Source: Chiloscyllium plagiosum (Eukaryota). From it: 30,546 bases of DNA. Below are positions 1 through 12,089 of this stretch, piece by piece. Where the stretch lies: the NCBI RefSeq assembly GCF_004010195.1, contig NC_057720.1:17735153-17765698 (forward strand). Direction: 5' to 3'. Below the pieces are notes generated by a model. That model ran no database searches. It saw nothing but the letters and a program-made list of their open reading frames with translations, and was not told where the DNA came from. Both the position numbers and the translations under genes were made by a program. Within the stretch, counting starts at the first letter, position 1; the number at the start of each line of letters is the position of its first letter.

Positions 1-176
1 TATAAGGTCACCCCTCAACCTCTGATGTTCCAGGGAAAACAGCCCCATCCTGTTCAGTCTCTCCCTATAGCTCAAATCCCCCAACCCTGGTAACATCCTT
101 GCAAATCTTTTCTGAACCCTTTCAAGTTTCACAACATCTTTCCGATAGGAAGGAGACCAGAAATTGCACGCAATAT
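1..176 (-). mobile_element. CR1 LINE fragment, C-terminal part of ORF2 RT region (runs off window start)
   Basis: Reverse complement encodes YCVQF..WSPSYRKDVVKLERVQKRF-like peptide, the same family as copies at 15107-15987 and 21873-23596. Confidence 0.85.
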
Positions 177-177
177 A

Positions 178-592
178 GCTAGGACTATATTCCCTGGAGC
201 ATCGGAGGCTGAGGGGTGACCTTATAGAAGTGTACAAAATCATGAGGGGAATGGATAGGATAAATAGACAAAGTCCTTTCCCCGGGGTGGGGGAGTCCAG
301 AACTCGAGGGCATAGGTTTAGATTGAGAGGGGAAAGATATAAAAGAGACCTAAGGGGCAACTTTTTCACTCAGAGGGTGGTACATATATGGAATGAGCTG
401 CCAGATGAAGTGGTGGAGACTAGTACAATTGCAACATTTATAAAGGCACCTGAATGGGTATATGAATAGGAAGGGTTTGGAGGGATATGGGCCAGGGGCT
501 GGCAGATGGGACATGTTTGGGTTGGGATATCTGATTGGCATGGACAAGTTGGACCAAAGGATCTGTTTCCACATTGTACATCTCTATGACTC
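178..592 (+). mobile_element. CR1 LINE 3' end (ORF2 C-terminus plus 3' UTR)
   Basis: Encodes RGDLIEVYKIMRGMDRINRQ..RTRGHRF..NFFTQRVVHIWNELP and ends in the CTCTATGACTC tail. Confidence 0.9.
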
Positions 593-1720
593 CAAAATAC
601 TAATTTAGTATCTTCCCCATTTTCTGTGGCTCCACACAAAGGCTGACTTGCTGATCTCGGAGGGGCCCTATTCTCTCCCTAGTTACCCTTTTGTCCTTTA
701 TATATTTGTAAAAACTCTTTGGATTCTCCTTAATTCTATTTGCCAAAGCTATCTCATGTCCCCTTTTTGCCCTCCTGATTTCCCTTTTAAATATACTCCT
801 ACTTCCTTTATCTAAGGATTCACTCAATCTATCCTATCTATGCCTTACATATACTTCCTTCTTTTTCTTAACTAAACCCTCAATTTCTTTAGTCATCCAG
901 CATTCCCTATACCTACCAGCCTTTCCTTTCACCCTAACAGGAATATACTTTCTCTGGATTCTCGTTATCTCATTTCTGAAGGCTTCCCATTTTCCAGCCG
1001 TCCCTTTACCTGCGAACATCTGCCCCCAATCAGCTTTTGAAAGTTCTTGCCTAATACCGTCAAAATTGGCCTTTCTCCAATTTAGAACTTCAACTTTTAG
1101 ATCTGGTCTATCCTTTTCCATCATTAATTTAAATTAATAGAATTATGATCGCTGGCCCCAAAATGGTCTCCCACTGACACCTCAGTCACCTGCCCTGCCT
1201 CATTTCCCAAGAGTAAGTCAAGTTTTGCACCTTCTCTAGTAGGTACATCCACATACTGAATCAGAAAATTGTCTTGTACACACTTAACAAATTCCTCTCC
1301 ATCTAAACGCTTCACACTATGGTAGTCCCAGTCTATGTTTGGAAAGTTAAAATCCCCTACCATAACCACCCTATTATTCTTACAGATAGCTGAGATCTCC
1401 TTACGACTTTGTTTCTCAATTTCCCTCTGACTATTAGGGGGTCTATAATACAATCCCAGTAAGGTTATCATCCCTTTCTTATTTCTCAGTTCCACCCAAA
1501 TAACTTCCCTGGATGCATTTCCGGGAATAGCTGTAATGCTATCCCTTATCAAAAATGCCACTTCCCCTCCTCTCTTGCCTCCCTTTCTATCCTTCCTGTA
1601 GCATTTGTATCCTGGAACATTGAGCTGCCAGTCCTGCCAATCCCTGAGCCATGTTTCTGTAATTGCTATGATATCCCAGTCCCATGTTCCTAACCATGCC
1701 CTGAGTTCATCTGCCTTCCC
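593..1720 (-). mobile_element. CR1 LINE ORF2 AP-endonuclease and linker region, degenerate
   Basis: ORFs 1124-1765, 834-1124 and 600-827 carry APE motifs IAITETWL, YYRPP, MVGDFNFPNIDW, LDLLL, GASDHN, then NPKSFYKYI; broken by frameshifts and stops. Confidence 0.92.
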
Positions 1721-1724
1721 TAGA

Positions 1725-1870
1725 TTACTAGGTCTAAAATGCACATTCCCTGATTGGCTCCACAACTTACTGCTTCAAGAACTGCCCTGCAAACATTTTA
1801 TGACTTTCCTCAAGGCTACGATTGCCAATTTGATTTTGATAATCTGAAATTTGAAATCACCTGCAGTTAT
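1725..1870 (-). mobile_element. Older CR1 endonuclease remnant
   Basis: Reverse complement resembles GDF...NQIGN.SLEE...FL.Q.VVEP.RECAILD; heavily decayed. Confidence 0.5.
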
Positions 1871-2594
1871 TCAAAAACCTTTCATAACGATCAATCTTTA
1901 ATCTTCCACGCCAAAATAATTTCTCTCTATTGTACTGACTGACCTCATCCTCTTCCTTTCTTCCTAATCTTTTTCAATGTGAAACAACTTTGAATATTCA
2001 ACAGTGTTCATGCAACAATGAATCTATAATAGTTTTCATTTAAACCTAGTTACTTCTAGTTTGTGCCATCAATTCGTGCATTTTAGTTTAACTGCTGTTT
2101 GCCCTTTCCAAATTTCCCTTCATAAACAAAATTAGTTTGGGCATGAGGTGAGATATGAGAGAAACCAGAGATTGATACAGGGACAGGAGTGGGGGAATCT
2201 TGGAGAGATTCTAACTGGGTGGGCTAGCAGAAGGGAGTGAAGAAGCAAAGAAATTTGATTAGACAATTTTGAACATAATGACAAAGAAGCCCACAATTCA
2301 AGGAACTTTTCAATGCAATCTTATTTCCATAATTACTATTAGAGCAATTACATGATTTTATTGATGCACTTAAATGCAGTATGTAACTCATTACATAATG
2401 CAAGATAAAATCTTAAATTGGACTTGTACCAATTTGTAAAGTATGCTGTGAATTAAATGCATAAATGGTTTAGTTGAGAGCTAATTTATTGAGAATGTAG
2501 GAAATAAACATGTAGAATACAGATGCACTTTCAAAGCAACAGATCAAAACTGTACCAGAAAGGTGTTAAAATGCTGTGGTCAAATCACACTTAC

Positions 2595-2697
2595 CACAAT
2601 TTCAGCAGCAAAAGTTCTCAACGAGTTGTCCTCAATCTCTTCAGTTAATGGACGTAACTGTGCTGTCAGCAGTGGGTATTCCAAACTTTTCATGCAA
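2595..2697 (-). CDS. GLMN: Glomulin coding exon (equivalent to human exon 7), 103 nt
   Basis: tatag|T TGC ATG...ATT GTG|gtaagt; encodes (F)CMKSLEYPLLTAQLRPLTEEIEDNSLRTFAAEIV, resembling recalled human FCFKSLKCPLLTAQF...FRYFASEII; phase matches the previous exon. Confidence 0.93.
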
Positions 2698-2803
2698 CTA
2701 TATCAATTGTAAAAACATCAGTTAGGTGACATTCATTAATTTACCTGACAAAATCCCTTAGTCAACAACATGCTGATCAATGACATGAAAATTAAGTACC
2801 TAC

Positions 2804-3050
2804 AATTTCAGTAGTTCATCCTTTAGCTCATTACGGAAAGGGTTTCCCTCAGATTCTGTTGTGTGACTCACTTCATCCACAAATGGTTTAATAAAAGAGG
2901 TTACAGCCATGCAACACTTGCAAAGTCCATATTCATCCTGTTTACGTTGCTCATTTGAATAAGGTACAGGTAGTTTGGAGAGTTGGCTATGAATAGTTGC
3001 AAGAGATAGCCCCACAGAATATGCCTTTTTATGTTCCATCTTTAACAGTA
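2804..3050 (-). CDS. GLMN: Glomulin coding exon (equivalent to human exon 6), 247 nt
   Basis: tttctcag|TA CTG...AAA TT|gtaggt; encodes (V)LLKMEHKKAYSVGLSLATIHSQLSKLPVPYSNEQRKQDEYGLCKCC...KPFVDEV...LKDELLK, matching recalled human KAYSIGLALSTLWNQLSLLPVPYSKEQ..DDYGLCQCC..KPFVEEV..LKDELLK. Confidence 0.96.
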
Positions 3051-3853
3051 CTGAGAAAAAATTATGCAATTAGATCCAAGAAATCAAATAATACCTTTTT
3101 AAAATTACATTTTATTATGTGAAAAGCAAAAACAAGATACTAATTAATCTAAAGTTCCATACTTGCAGAATACCAGACCATATCTAAAACCAAGGTCAGT
3201 TTGTGACTTAACAAAAACTAGCCAAGCCAAACAATGCTGAAGGAATATATTTAATTAAAAGCAAATTGGCCTTTTAACAAAGACTTGACATTTTCTATGA
3301 TTACACATAAAATTAGATTGAAATTAGGTCTTGAAAATTTGTATTACAACAGAGGTATATCATAGAATTTCAATAATACATTTAGAACAAAAGTAAAGAT
3401 TTCTAAAGGTCCTGAACCAAAGATGAATTCTGCTTCTCCAAAGCATTCTTATTACAAGTTGTTTCTTTAAATGAACAATGCAACAAAAGTACATGTAAGG
3501 CTTTGTATTTTTTGCAGTGGCAACTGGAAATGAGAACTGGGCTAGAGTGTTTGTGATTTCATACTAATTTTTAGGAAGGCCAGATCGGGTGCAGAACTGT
3601 GCATCATCCTTACTTGGATAAATGTGCCTTACAGGCATTAATTGATCAATTGAGTCAAGATTAATGACAGCGGGAATCGATCCCAACCCAGGTTTGGGAC
3701 CCTATTTGAGCTTAACTCACAATGCAAAGAATCTGCTAACAATCTCTGACACTATGATAGATATTTGATTCTACAGTGTTAACCGGCATTAAGATTAGCC
3801 AAGAAATAGTTTTTTATAAAGTCTACTCGTATTGATAAACTATTTCAAATTAC

Positions 3854-3962
3854 CTCTCTGAAGTGGCTGCAGGAGTAATAGGATTGTTTTGGCTATGTTA
3901 TTTCCAACAGCCTCCTCAATCTGTTCAAATAAACCCACTAGAAGCTCCTTTGGGTTACTTAT
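3854..3962 (-). CDS. GLMN: Glomulin coding exon (equivalent to human exon 5), 109 nt
   Basis: ccttgcag|ATA AGT...AGA G|gtaatt; encodes ISNPKELLVGLFEQIEEAVGNNIAKTILLLLQPLQR versus recalled human LCNPKELLLGLLELIEE...ILLLLQPLQT; missing from the ORF track. Confidence 0.95.
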
Positions 3963-4334
3963 CTGCAAGGAAAACACATCAGATTGTGAAGCAAATCTCT
4001 CTCACTTTCGGACAAGCTACTTCAATTTCCAGAATAAAATATAAAAGTTTATGGATTTTTAAAATATAGATCATTAATGTTATATTTGTTGCATTTGTCA
4101 AATGCTCCTAGTTTGGCATTATTAATCATGCTTCCAGGTAGCTGGTCAATATTATTTTCTTCCAACAATGTCCCTGTCACTGCATTAACTGTACATTATG
4201 GTTTGACAGAGCTTCAACTCCCACCACTTCATCAGTAATACACTCTGATGGAAATCCACTTTGCCCTGCCTTTCTGGGAAAGCCACAGAATATCTCCTCA
4301 TAAATTTACAAATCTTGGCAAAACAAAGTTTTCT

Positions 4335-4545
4335 ATAGAATGAACATACAAGCAGTCAAATTAGGAGCAGGTATAGGCCATTTGACCACTCAACTCTCCT
4401 GACTGTGGTCTCAACCTACTTACCTAACTGTCCCCAATGTTTGATTCCTTTTTTCAATCGAGAATCTAAATCTACCTCTGCCTTAAAAATATTCAGTGAG
4501 CCTGCCTTCACTGCACCCAGGGAAGAGAACTCCACAGATTCTTTA
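4335..4545 (-). mobile_element. Old CR1 3' UTR remnant
   Basis: Resembles the reverse complement of CR1 tails elsewhere in the window (TAGGAGCAGGTATAGGCCATT..., GAACTCCACAGATTC). Confidence 0.55.
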
Positions 4546-4547
4546 TC

Positions 4548-4800
4548 CTTATCTTTCATGACTCAGGACAGTCCAAATTACTTGAAACTCAATGAAGTAT
4601 AGTCACACTTATAAAGTGGGAAACGTGGCAGCTAATTTGCGCACAGCAAACTTGTACAAACAAGCAAGATGACAGTGGCCAGATAATCTGCTTTAGCGAT
4701 GTTGTTTGAAAGATAAAAACTGATCAGAACATTTGGTAAAACTCCACTGTTGTTAAGTTAGTGCCTTTGTGTCTTTTTACATGAGTGCAGGGGTGGGCAC
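4548..4800 (-). mobile_element. Deu-domain SINE (AmnSINE1/SacSINE1-like)
   Basis: Reverse complement contains CAGATTATCTGG...TTGCTGTGCGCAAATTAGCTGCCACGTTTCCCAC...GTGACTATACTTCA, matching the recalled DeuSINE core. Confidence 0.75.
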
Positions 4801-5884
4801 CTCTCCGTCTCCATTTCTGGTGACCGACTAACCACTGACATCTACTACAAACCCACTGACTCCCATAGCTACCTGGACTACACCTCCTCCCACCCTACCT
4901 CCTGTAAAAACATTATCCCTTATTCCCAATTCCCTCTAGTTCCACTGCATCTGTCCCCAGGATGACCACTTCAACCTTAGAAAATCGCAGATGGCCTCCT
5001 TCTTCCAAGATTGCAATTTCCCTTCCCATGTTGTTAACGATGCCCTCCAACGCATCTCCTCCACTTCCTGCACCTCGCCCTTGAACCCCACTCCTCCCAA
5101 CGCAATAAGGACAGAACCGCCCTGGTCCTCACCTTCCATTCCACTAACCTCTGCACACATTGCCACTTCCACCCGAGGAGTTGTAAAACCTGTGCCCACA
5201 GCTCCCCCGCTCACCTCTGTCCAAGGTTCCAAAGGATCCTTCCACATCTGACAGAAATTTACCTGTACCTCCACCAACATCATCTACTGTATCCGTTGCA
5301 CACGATGTGGTCTCCTCTACATTGGGGAGACAGGAGAACTACTTGCAGATCATTTCAGAGAACATCTCTGGAACACCATCCAATGGCTGAACACTTCAAC
5401 TCCCCCTCCCACTCCACCAAGGACATGCAGGTCCTGGGCCTCCTCCATCGCCAAACCCTTACCACCCGATGCATGGAGAAAGAACGCCTCATATTCCACC
5501 TTGGGACCCTCCAACCACATGGAATCATTGTGGATTTCACCAATTTCCTCATTTCCATTCCCTCACATTATCCCAGTCCCAACCCAACTTGGCACCGCCC
5601 TCCTCACCTGTCCATCACCTTTCCCATCTATCCGCTCCACCCTCCTCTCCAACCAATCAACTTCTCCCTCACCTTCATCTACAAATCGCATTCTCAGCTA
5701 CCTTCCCCCCACCCCCGTCCCATTTATCTCTCAGTCCCCCAGCCCACAAGCTTCATTTCTGATGAAGGGCTTAGACCCAAAATGCCAATTCTCCTGAACC
5801 TCTGATGCTGCCTGACCTGCTGTGCTTCTTCCAGAACTACACTCTCGACTCTGATCTCTAGCATCTTCAGTCCTCACTTTTTCC
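4801..5884 (+). mobile_element. Penelope-like element, 5'-truncated (RT C-terminus, GIY-YIG endonuclease, terminal repeat)
   Basis: Encodes LSVSISGDRLTTDIYYKPTDSHSYLDYTSSHP, then FTCTSTNIIYCIRCTRCGLLYIGETG (GIY-YIG with Cys motif) and AEHFNSPSH; ends in the terminal repeat with a decayed hammerhead at 5759. Confidence 0.9.
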
Positions 5885-5887
5885 TAT

Positions 5888-6545
5888 TAATGTATCCATC
5901 CAAATGTCTTTTGAATGTTGCAATTGTACCCGCATCACCACTTCCTCAGGAAGTTCATTCCACATGCGAGCCATCCTCTGTGTAAAACAATTGCCTCATG
6001 TCTCTTTTAAATCTCTCTCCTCTCACCTTAAAATGTGCCCCCGAGTCTTGAAATTCCCCATCTTAGGGAAAAGATGACTACCATCAACTCCGTTTATATC
6101 TCTCATTATTTTATAAACTTCTATCAGGTCATCTCTCAACCTATTACGCTCCAGAGAAAAAAGTCCCAGCCTTTCTTTATAACTCAAACCTTCCATACCC
6201 ACCAACATCCCGGTAAATCTCCTCTGAACCTTCACCAGCTTGATAATATCCTTCCTATAACTGGGCGACCAGAACTGGACACACTATTGCAGAACAGGCC
6301 TCACCAATATGCTGTACAACCTCAACATACCACCTAAACCCTCAAACTCAAAGGACTGAACAATGACGGCAAGTCTGCCAAACACCTTTTTAAACACCTT
6401 GTCTATATGTGATGCAAACTTTAAAGAATTATGTACCTGCATCCCTTGGTCCCTCTGTTCTACAACATTTGCCAAGGTTCTACCATTAACTGTCTAAGCC
6501 CTACCATTGTTAATTAAACCCAAAATGGAATACCTCGTATTAGCT
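5888..6545 (-). mobile_element. CR1 LINE ORF2 C-terminal fragment
   Basis: Encodes RLYSILVRPVLQ, VQRRFTGML, LGLFSLERNRLRDDLIEVYKIM, KTRGH. Confidence 0.85.
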
Positions 6546-6679
6546 TAACCTCATATTTCCTCTTCTCCCACCTTATTGCTTTTTTAGTTATCCTCTGCTG
6601 ATTTTTAAAGGCTTCCCAATCCTTCAGCTTCCCACTGAACTTCACCATATTGCAAGCTTCCAAGATAGGATAAATAGAT

Positions 6680-6830
6680 ATTCACTCACATTGTTAATCT
6701 CAAACTTTGTATTGTGCAAATTAGCTAGCACCTGCGTCTACATAATAACAAATTGTACTTCAAAATGATTGATTAGTTGCAAAGGGCTTCAGATATCTTA
6801 ATGTGGAATGTGTTTGTTCTTAAAATACGC
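6680..6830 (+). mobile_element. Degenerate Deu-domain SINE 3' remnant
   Basis: TTGTGCAAATTAGCTAGCACC...CTACATAATAACA...TACTTCAAAA...GCTTCAGATATCT aligns by eye with the DeuSINE copy at 4548-4800. Confidence 0.5.
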
Positions 6831-6890
6831 AACAAATGCAAAAAGCTTTGCAGTTAGATTTATGGATATTTCTCTGGTGTATTCATTTAC

Positions 6891-7010
6891 CTGTACTACA
6901 TGGTTGAGTATTTTTAAGCAGCTTTCCTTGTGCTCAGTTTCTTGCTGGTCTTTCAAAGCAGAACTGACAATAGGACCAACAAAATTCCAGCCCATGCAGA
7001 TAACAAAATC
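6891..7010 (-). CDS. GLMN: Glomulin coding exon (equivalent to human exon 4), 120 nt
   Basis: cttacag|GAT TTT...GTA CAG|gtaaat; encodes DFVICMGWNFVGPIVSSALKDQQETEHKESCLKILNHVVQ versus recalled human ...MGWNLVGPVV... Confidence 0.95.
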
Positions 7011-7194
7011 CTGTAAGACGTTAAATGAGGGCAAGGTAAAGAAACAGAAGATAAAATGGTAAATCAGATTGGTCCAACAGTTTAGAGATATTGTGTTGAT
7101 TTCTTCACAGAACTGTTGCTAATAAGGATAAAGTTTGTCCTGCTATGGAGCAGTTGCTATGATATCAGCACAATGGTTTATTGGATCTTTTAAA

Positions 7195-8185
7195 AAATAT
7201 AACAACTATAAATCTGATCTGATAGGAATTATGGAGATATGGTTGCAGGATGACAAAGAGTGGACCCGAATATTGAAGGGCACATAGCACACAAGAGAAA
7301 CAGGAATGGCAATAATCATGGATGACTTTAATCTACATAAAAACTATAAAAATTAGATTGCCAATGTAGCCTTGATGAGGACTTCATGATAGTTTCCTAC
7401 AGCAGTACATCTGGAACTGACCACAGAACAGGTCATATTAGATTTTGTATTTTGTAGTGTGACAGGATTAATTAATATCCTAAATTGAGGTGCCAGCAAT
7501 CACAATATAATTTAAGTTTACATTATAATTTTAATTATAATTCCTCTATTCAAGAAGCGAGGGAAGCAGATAACAGCACATCATAGGCCAGTTAGCCTGA
7601 AAATTTGTCAAAGAAGAGGTACTATAATCGATCATCAATGAGAAGCCAGCTACACTTTGGAAAAAATGAAGGTAATTGGGAAGGGTCAGCATTGGTTAAG
7701 CTTGATTTCACTTTGATGAAACAATGTGTTGGACCTCTTTGAAGTAGCAACATGCACTTTGGATAAAGGACAGCCGTAGATGTTTAATTCTTGGATTTGA
7801 TAATATGCCACAAGTGCAGAAAATAAAAGCTTATGGTGCAGGGGGTAGCATATGAACATGGATAAAAGATTGGCTGGCTGGCAGAAATTGGACAGTACGC
7901 GGATGTGGCTAGAAATGATAGGATGTGACAGGTTGAGTTCCTCAGGAGTGTATACTGGGTTATCAACTTTTCACAATTTAGATTAATGACTTCGATGGGG
8001 GAATAAGGCACAGGAGTTAAATTCACAGATGACACCAAATAAATAAGAAAATATTGTCTTATGTCTCTCTCAGGGAGACATAAGAAGGTTGCAGACAAAG
8101 ATGGATATGTTGAGTGGGCAAAAAATCTTGCAGATGAAAGTATAATGTAGAAAATGAAAAGTTGTTTGGCAAGAAAAAGAGAACA
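7195..8185 (+). mobile_element. Ancient, multiply deleted CR1 ORF2 remnant
   Basis: Scattered motifs DLIGI.E.WLQ, DDFNL, LDFV, HRPVSL, KGQHW, VPQ.CILG, KFTDDTK occur in the expected order. Confidence 0.7.
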
Positions 8186-8194
8186 TTACTAAGT

Positions 8195-9168
8195 AATTTT
8201 CAGCTCGAAGTACCCAATGAGTCATCCATCCTGGCCTCCTCTAGAGTCACCAGCATTACAGATCCAATCTTCAGGCAATTTAATTCACTCCATCAGATAT
8301 GAAGAAACAGTCAGAGGCACTGGAAACTGCAAAGGTTATGTGCCCTGACAATATCCCAGTAATAGTAGTGAAGGCTTGTGCTCCAGAACTTGCTGCTCCT
8401 CTAGCCAAGCAGTTCCAGAATAGCAACAACAAAATTGCCTAGCTACGTCCTTTACATAAAATGCAAGTCAAATCCAACAAGCCAATTACCACTCCAGACT
8501 CGTCTCGATCATCAATAAAGCAATGGAAAGAAGGTATTATCAACTGTGCTATCAAGCTTCACTTACTTGGCAAATAGTTGTTCACTAATGCTCTGTTTGG
8601 GTTGCACCAGTACCACTGAACTCCTGACCTCATTACAGTCTTGTCCAAATATGGACGAAAGCAATGAATTCCAAAAGTGCAAGTTACTGCCCTTGCATTT
8701 GACAGAGTAAGGAATTCTTGTAAAACTGGAGTCAATGGAGATCGGGGACAAACTTTCTGCCAGTTGGATTCAAACCAATCACAAAGGAAGATGGTTATGG
8801 TGGGTACAGGTCAGTCATCTCAGCTCCAAGACATCTCTGCAGAAGTTCCTTAGGGTAGTGCCCATCCGAAGCTGCATCAATGACTTTCCCTCCATCACAA
8901 GGTCAGAAATGGGGATGTTCACTGATCATTGCACAACATTCAGCAACATCTGCGATTCCCACATTACTAAAGATATCCATGCCCAAATGCAAAAGGATTT
9001 GGACAATATCTAGGCTTGGGCTGACAAGTGGCAAGTAATATTTGCGCCACATGAATGCCAGAAAATGACCAATGCCCCTTGAGATTCAACAGGATCACTA
9101 TCACTGAATCCCCACTATCAATATCTTGGGGGGTTACCATTGGCCAGAAAATGAAATGGACTAGCCAT
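8195..9168 (+). mobile_element. Older CR1-group LINE, RT region (left part, interrupted by a younger CR1)
   Basis: Encodes ALETAKVMCPDNIPVIVVKACAPELAAPLAKQFQ, CINDFPS, MFTDHCT, QKDLDNI; continues at 12686. Confidence 0.8.
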
Positions 9169-9900
9169 TATGGCAGAGTTATGACAGCGCAGGCAGTGGA
9201 ATGTTCCTCCTGCAGGATGTTTGAGGTAGGGGTGACCACCGATGCTCCTGCCAACTTCATCTGCAGGAAGTGCAGCCAGCTCCAGCTCCTCACAGACCGC
9301 GTTAGGGAACTGGAGCTGGAGTTGGATGAACTGAGAATCTTTCGAGAGGCTGAGAGGGTGACAGATAGAAGCTACAGGGACACAATTACGCCAGAGAACA
9401 GAGGTAGCTGGGTAACAGTTAGAGGTGGGAAGGGGAGGAAGCAGGCAGTGCAGGGATCCCCTGTGGTCGTTCCCCTCAACAATAAGTATACCACTTTGGA
9501 TACTGTTGGGGGGGGATGGCCGAGCAGGAGTAAGCTGCAGTGACCGGGTCTCTGGCACGAGGTCCGGCTCCGAGGCTCAGAAGGGAAAGGGGGAGAGGAG
9601 GAGAGCGCTAGTTATAGGAGACTAGTTAGAGGGACAGACAGGTGGTTCTGTGGACACGGGCGAGACTCTCGGTTGGGTTGTTGCCTCCCGGGTGCCAAAG
9701 TCCGAGACGTCTCGGACCGTGTCTTCAGAATCCTTAAGGGGGAGGGTGTGCAGCCAGAAGTCGTGGTGCACATTGGCACCAACGACATAGGTAGGAAGAG
9801 GGGTGGGGAGGTCATTCAGGAGCTCAGGGAGTTAGGCTGGAAGCTAAAAGCTAGGATGGACAGAGTCGTCATCTCTGGGTTGTTGCCAGTGCCACGTGAT

Positions 9901-10095
9901 TCTTCTTCTTCTTCTTCTTCTTCTTCTTCTTCTTCTTCTTCTTCTTCTTCTTCTTCTTCTTCTTCTTCTTCTTCTTCTTCTTCTTCTTCTTCTTCTTCTT
10001 CTTCTTCTTCTTCTTCTTCTTCTTCTTCTTCTTCTTCTTCTTCTTCTTCTTCTTCTTCTTCTTCTTCTTCTTCTTCTTCTTCTTCTTCTTCTTCT
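9901..10095. repeat. Perfect (TCT)65 trinucleotide tract; reads (GAA)n on the GLMN sense strand
   Basis: 195 nt of uninterrupted TCT, located between the ORF1 and ORF2 remnants of the CR1. Confidence 0.97.
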
Positions 10096-12089
10096 AAGGA
10101 GTATCAGAAATAAGGTGGGTGAACTTAAGGCGTGGATCGGTACCTGGGACTACGATGTTGTGGCCATCACGGAAACATGGATAGAAGAGGGACAGGAATG
10201 GTTGTTGGAGGTTCCTGGTTACAGATGTTTCAGTAAGATTAGGGAGGGTGGTAAAAAAGGAGGGGGTGTGGCATTGCTAATTAGAAATGGTATAATGGCT
10301 GCAAAAAGGCAATTCAAGGGGGTTTGGAGGTAGTATGGGCTGAAGTCAGAAATAGAAAGGAGCAGTCACCTTGTTGGGTGTTTACTATAGGCCCCCCAAT
10401 ATCAACAGAGATGTGGAGAAACAGATTGGGAAACAGATTTTCGAAAGGTGCAGAAACCACAGGGTAGTAGTCATGGGCGATTTCAACTTCCACATATTGA
10501 TTGGAAGCTCTTTAGATCAAGTAGATTGGACGGGGCAGTGTTTGTGCAGTGTGTCCAGGAAGCTTTTCTAACTCAGTATGTAGATTGTCCGACCAGAGGG
10601 GAGGCCATATTGGATTTGGTACTTGGTAACGAACCGGGACAAGCGATGGGCTTGTTAGTGGGTGAACATTTTGGTGATGGTGATCACAATTCTGTGACTT
10701 TCACCTTGGTTATGGAGAGAGATAGGTGTGTGCAACAGGGTAGGTTTTACAATTGGGGGATCTGAGGAGCATAAGTTGGGAGCATAGGCTGTCAGGGAAG
10801 GATGTCGTTGAAATGTGGAACTTTTTCAAGGAACAGATACGACATGCCCTTGATATGTATGTACCGGTCAGGCAGGAAAGAGATGGTCGTATGAGGGAAC
10901 CTTGGTTGACGAGGGAGGTTGAATGTCTAGTAAAGAGGAAGAAGGAGGCTTACATAAGGTTGAGGAAACAAGGTTCAGACAGAGCGTTGGAGGGATACAG
11001 GATAGCCAGGAGGGAGCTGAAGAAAGGGATTAGGAGAGCCAAGAGAGGGCATGAAAAGTCTTTGGCGGGTAGGATCATGGATAACCCCAAGGCCTTTTAT
11101 GCGTATGTGAGAAACATGAGAATGACGAGAACGAGGGTAGGTCCAATCAATGACAGTAGTGGAAGACTGTGTATTGAGTCGGAAGAGATAGGAGAGGTCT
11201 TGAATGAGTACTTCAGTATTTACAAATGAGAGGGACCGTATTGTTGAAGAGGAGAGTATGAAACGGACTGGTAAGCTAGAGGAGATACTTGTTAGGAAGG
11301 AAGATGTGTTGGGCATTTTGAAGAATTTGAGGATAGACAAGTCCCCCGGGCCTGATAGAATATATCCTAGGATTATGTGGGAAGCAAGAGAGGAAATTGC
11401 AGAGCCGTTGGCAATGATCTTTTCGTCTTCACTGTCAACGGGGGTGGTACCAGGGGACTGGAGAGTGGCGAATGTTGTGCCCCTGTTCAAAAAAGGGAAC
11501 AGGGATAACCCCGGGAATTACAGGCCGGTTAGTCTTACTTCGGTGATAGGCAAAGTAATGGAAAGGGTACTGAGGGGTAGGATTTATGAGTATCTGGAAA
11601 GACACTGTTTGATTAGGGACAGCCAGCACGGATTTGTGAGGGCTAGGTCTTGCCTTACAAGTCATTGAATTCTTTGAGGAAGTGACCAAGCATGTGGATG
11701 AGGGTAGAGCAGTGGATGTAGTGTAAGGCATTTGATAAGGTTCCCCATGGTAGGCTTATGCGGAAAGTCAGGAGGCATGGGATAGTAGGAAATTTGGCCA
11801 GTTGGATAGAGAACTGGCTAACCGGTTGAAGTCAGAGAGTGGTGGTAAATGGTAAATATTCAGCCTGGAGCCCAGTTACAAGTGGAGTTCCGCAGGGATC
11901 AGTTCTGGGTCCTCTGCTGTTTGTAATTTTTATTAATGACTTAGATGAGGGAGACGAAGGGTGGGTCAGTAAATTTGCAGAAGATACGAAGATTGGTGGA
12001 GTTGTGGATAGCGAGGAGGGCTGCTGTCGGCTGCAAAGAGACTTAGACATGATGCAGAGCTGGGCTGAGGAGTGGCAGACGGAGTTCAA

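Noticed and set aside
1725..2590. Candidate next GLMN exon (human exon 8 equivalent)
   Set aside because: No matching peptide found; the sequence is CR1 remnant and AT-rich intron, so the exon presumably lies before position 1
9673..10333. Poly-Ser and poly-Leu ORFs
   Set aside because: Translations of the TCT microsatellite fused to CR1 fragments, not real proteins
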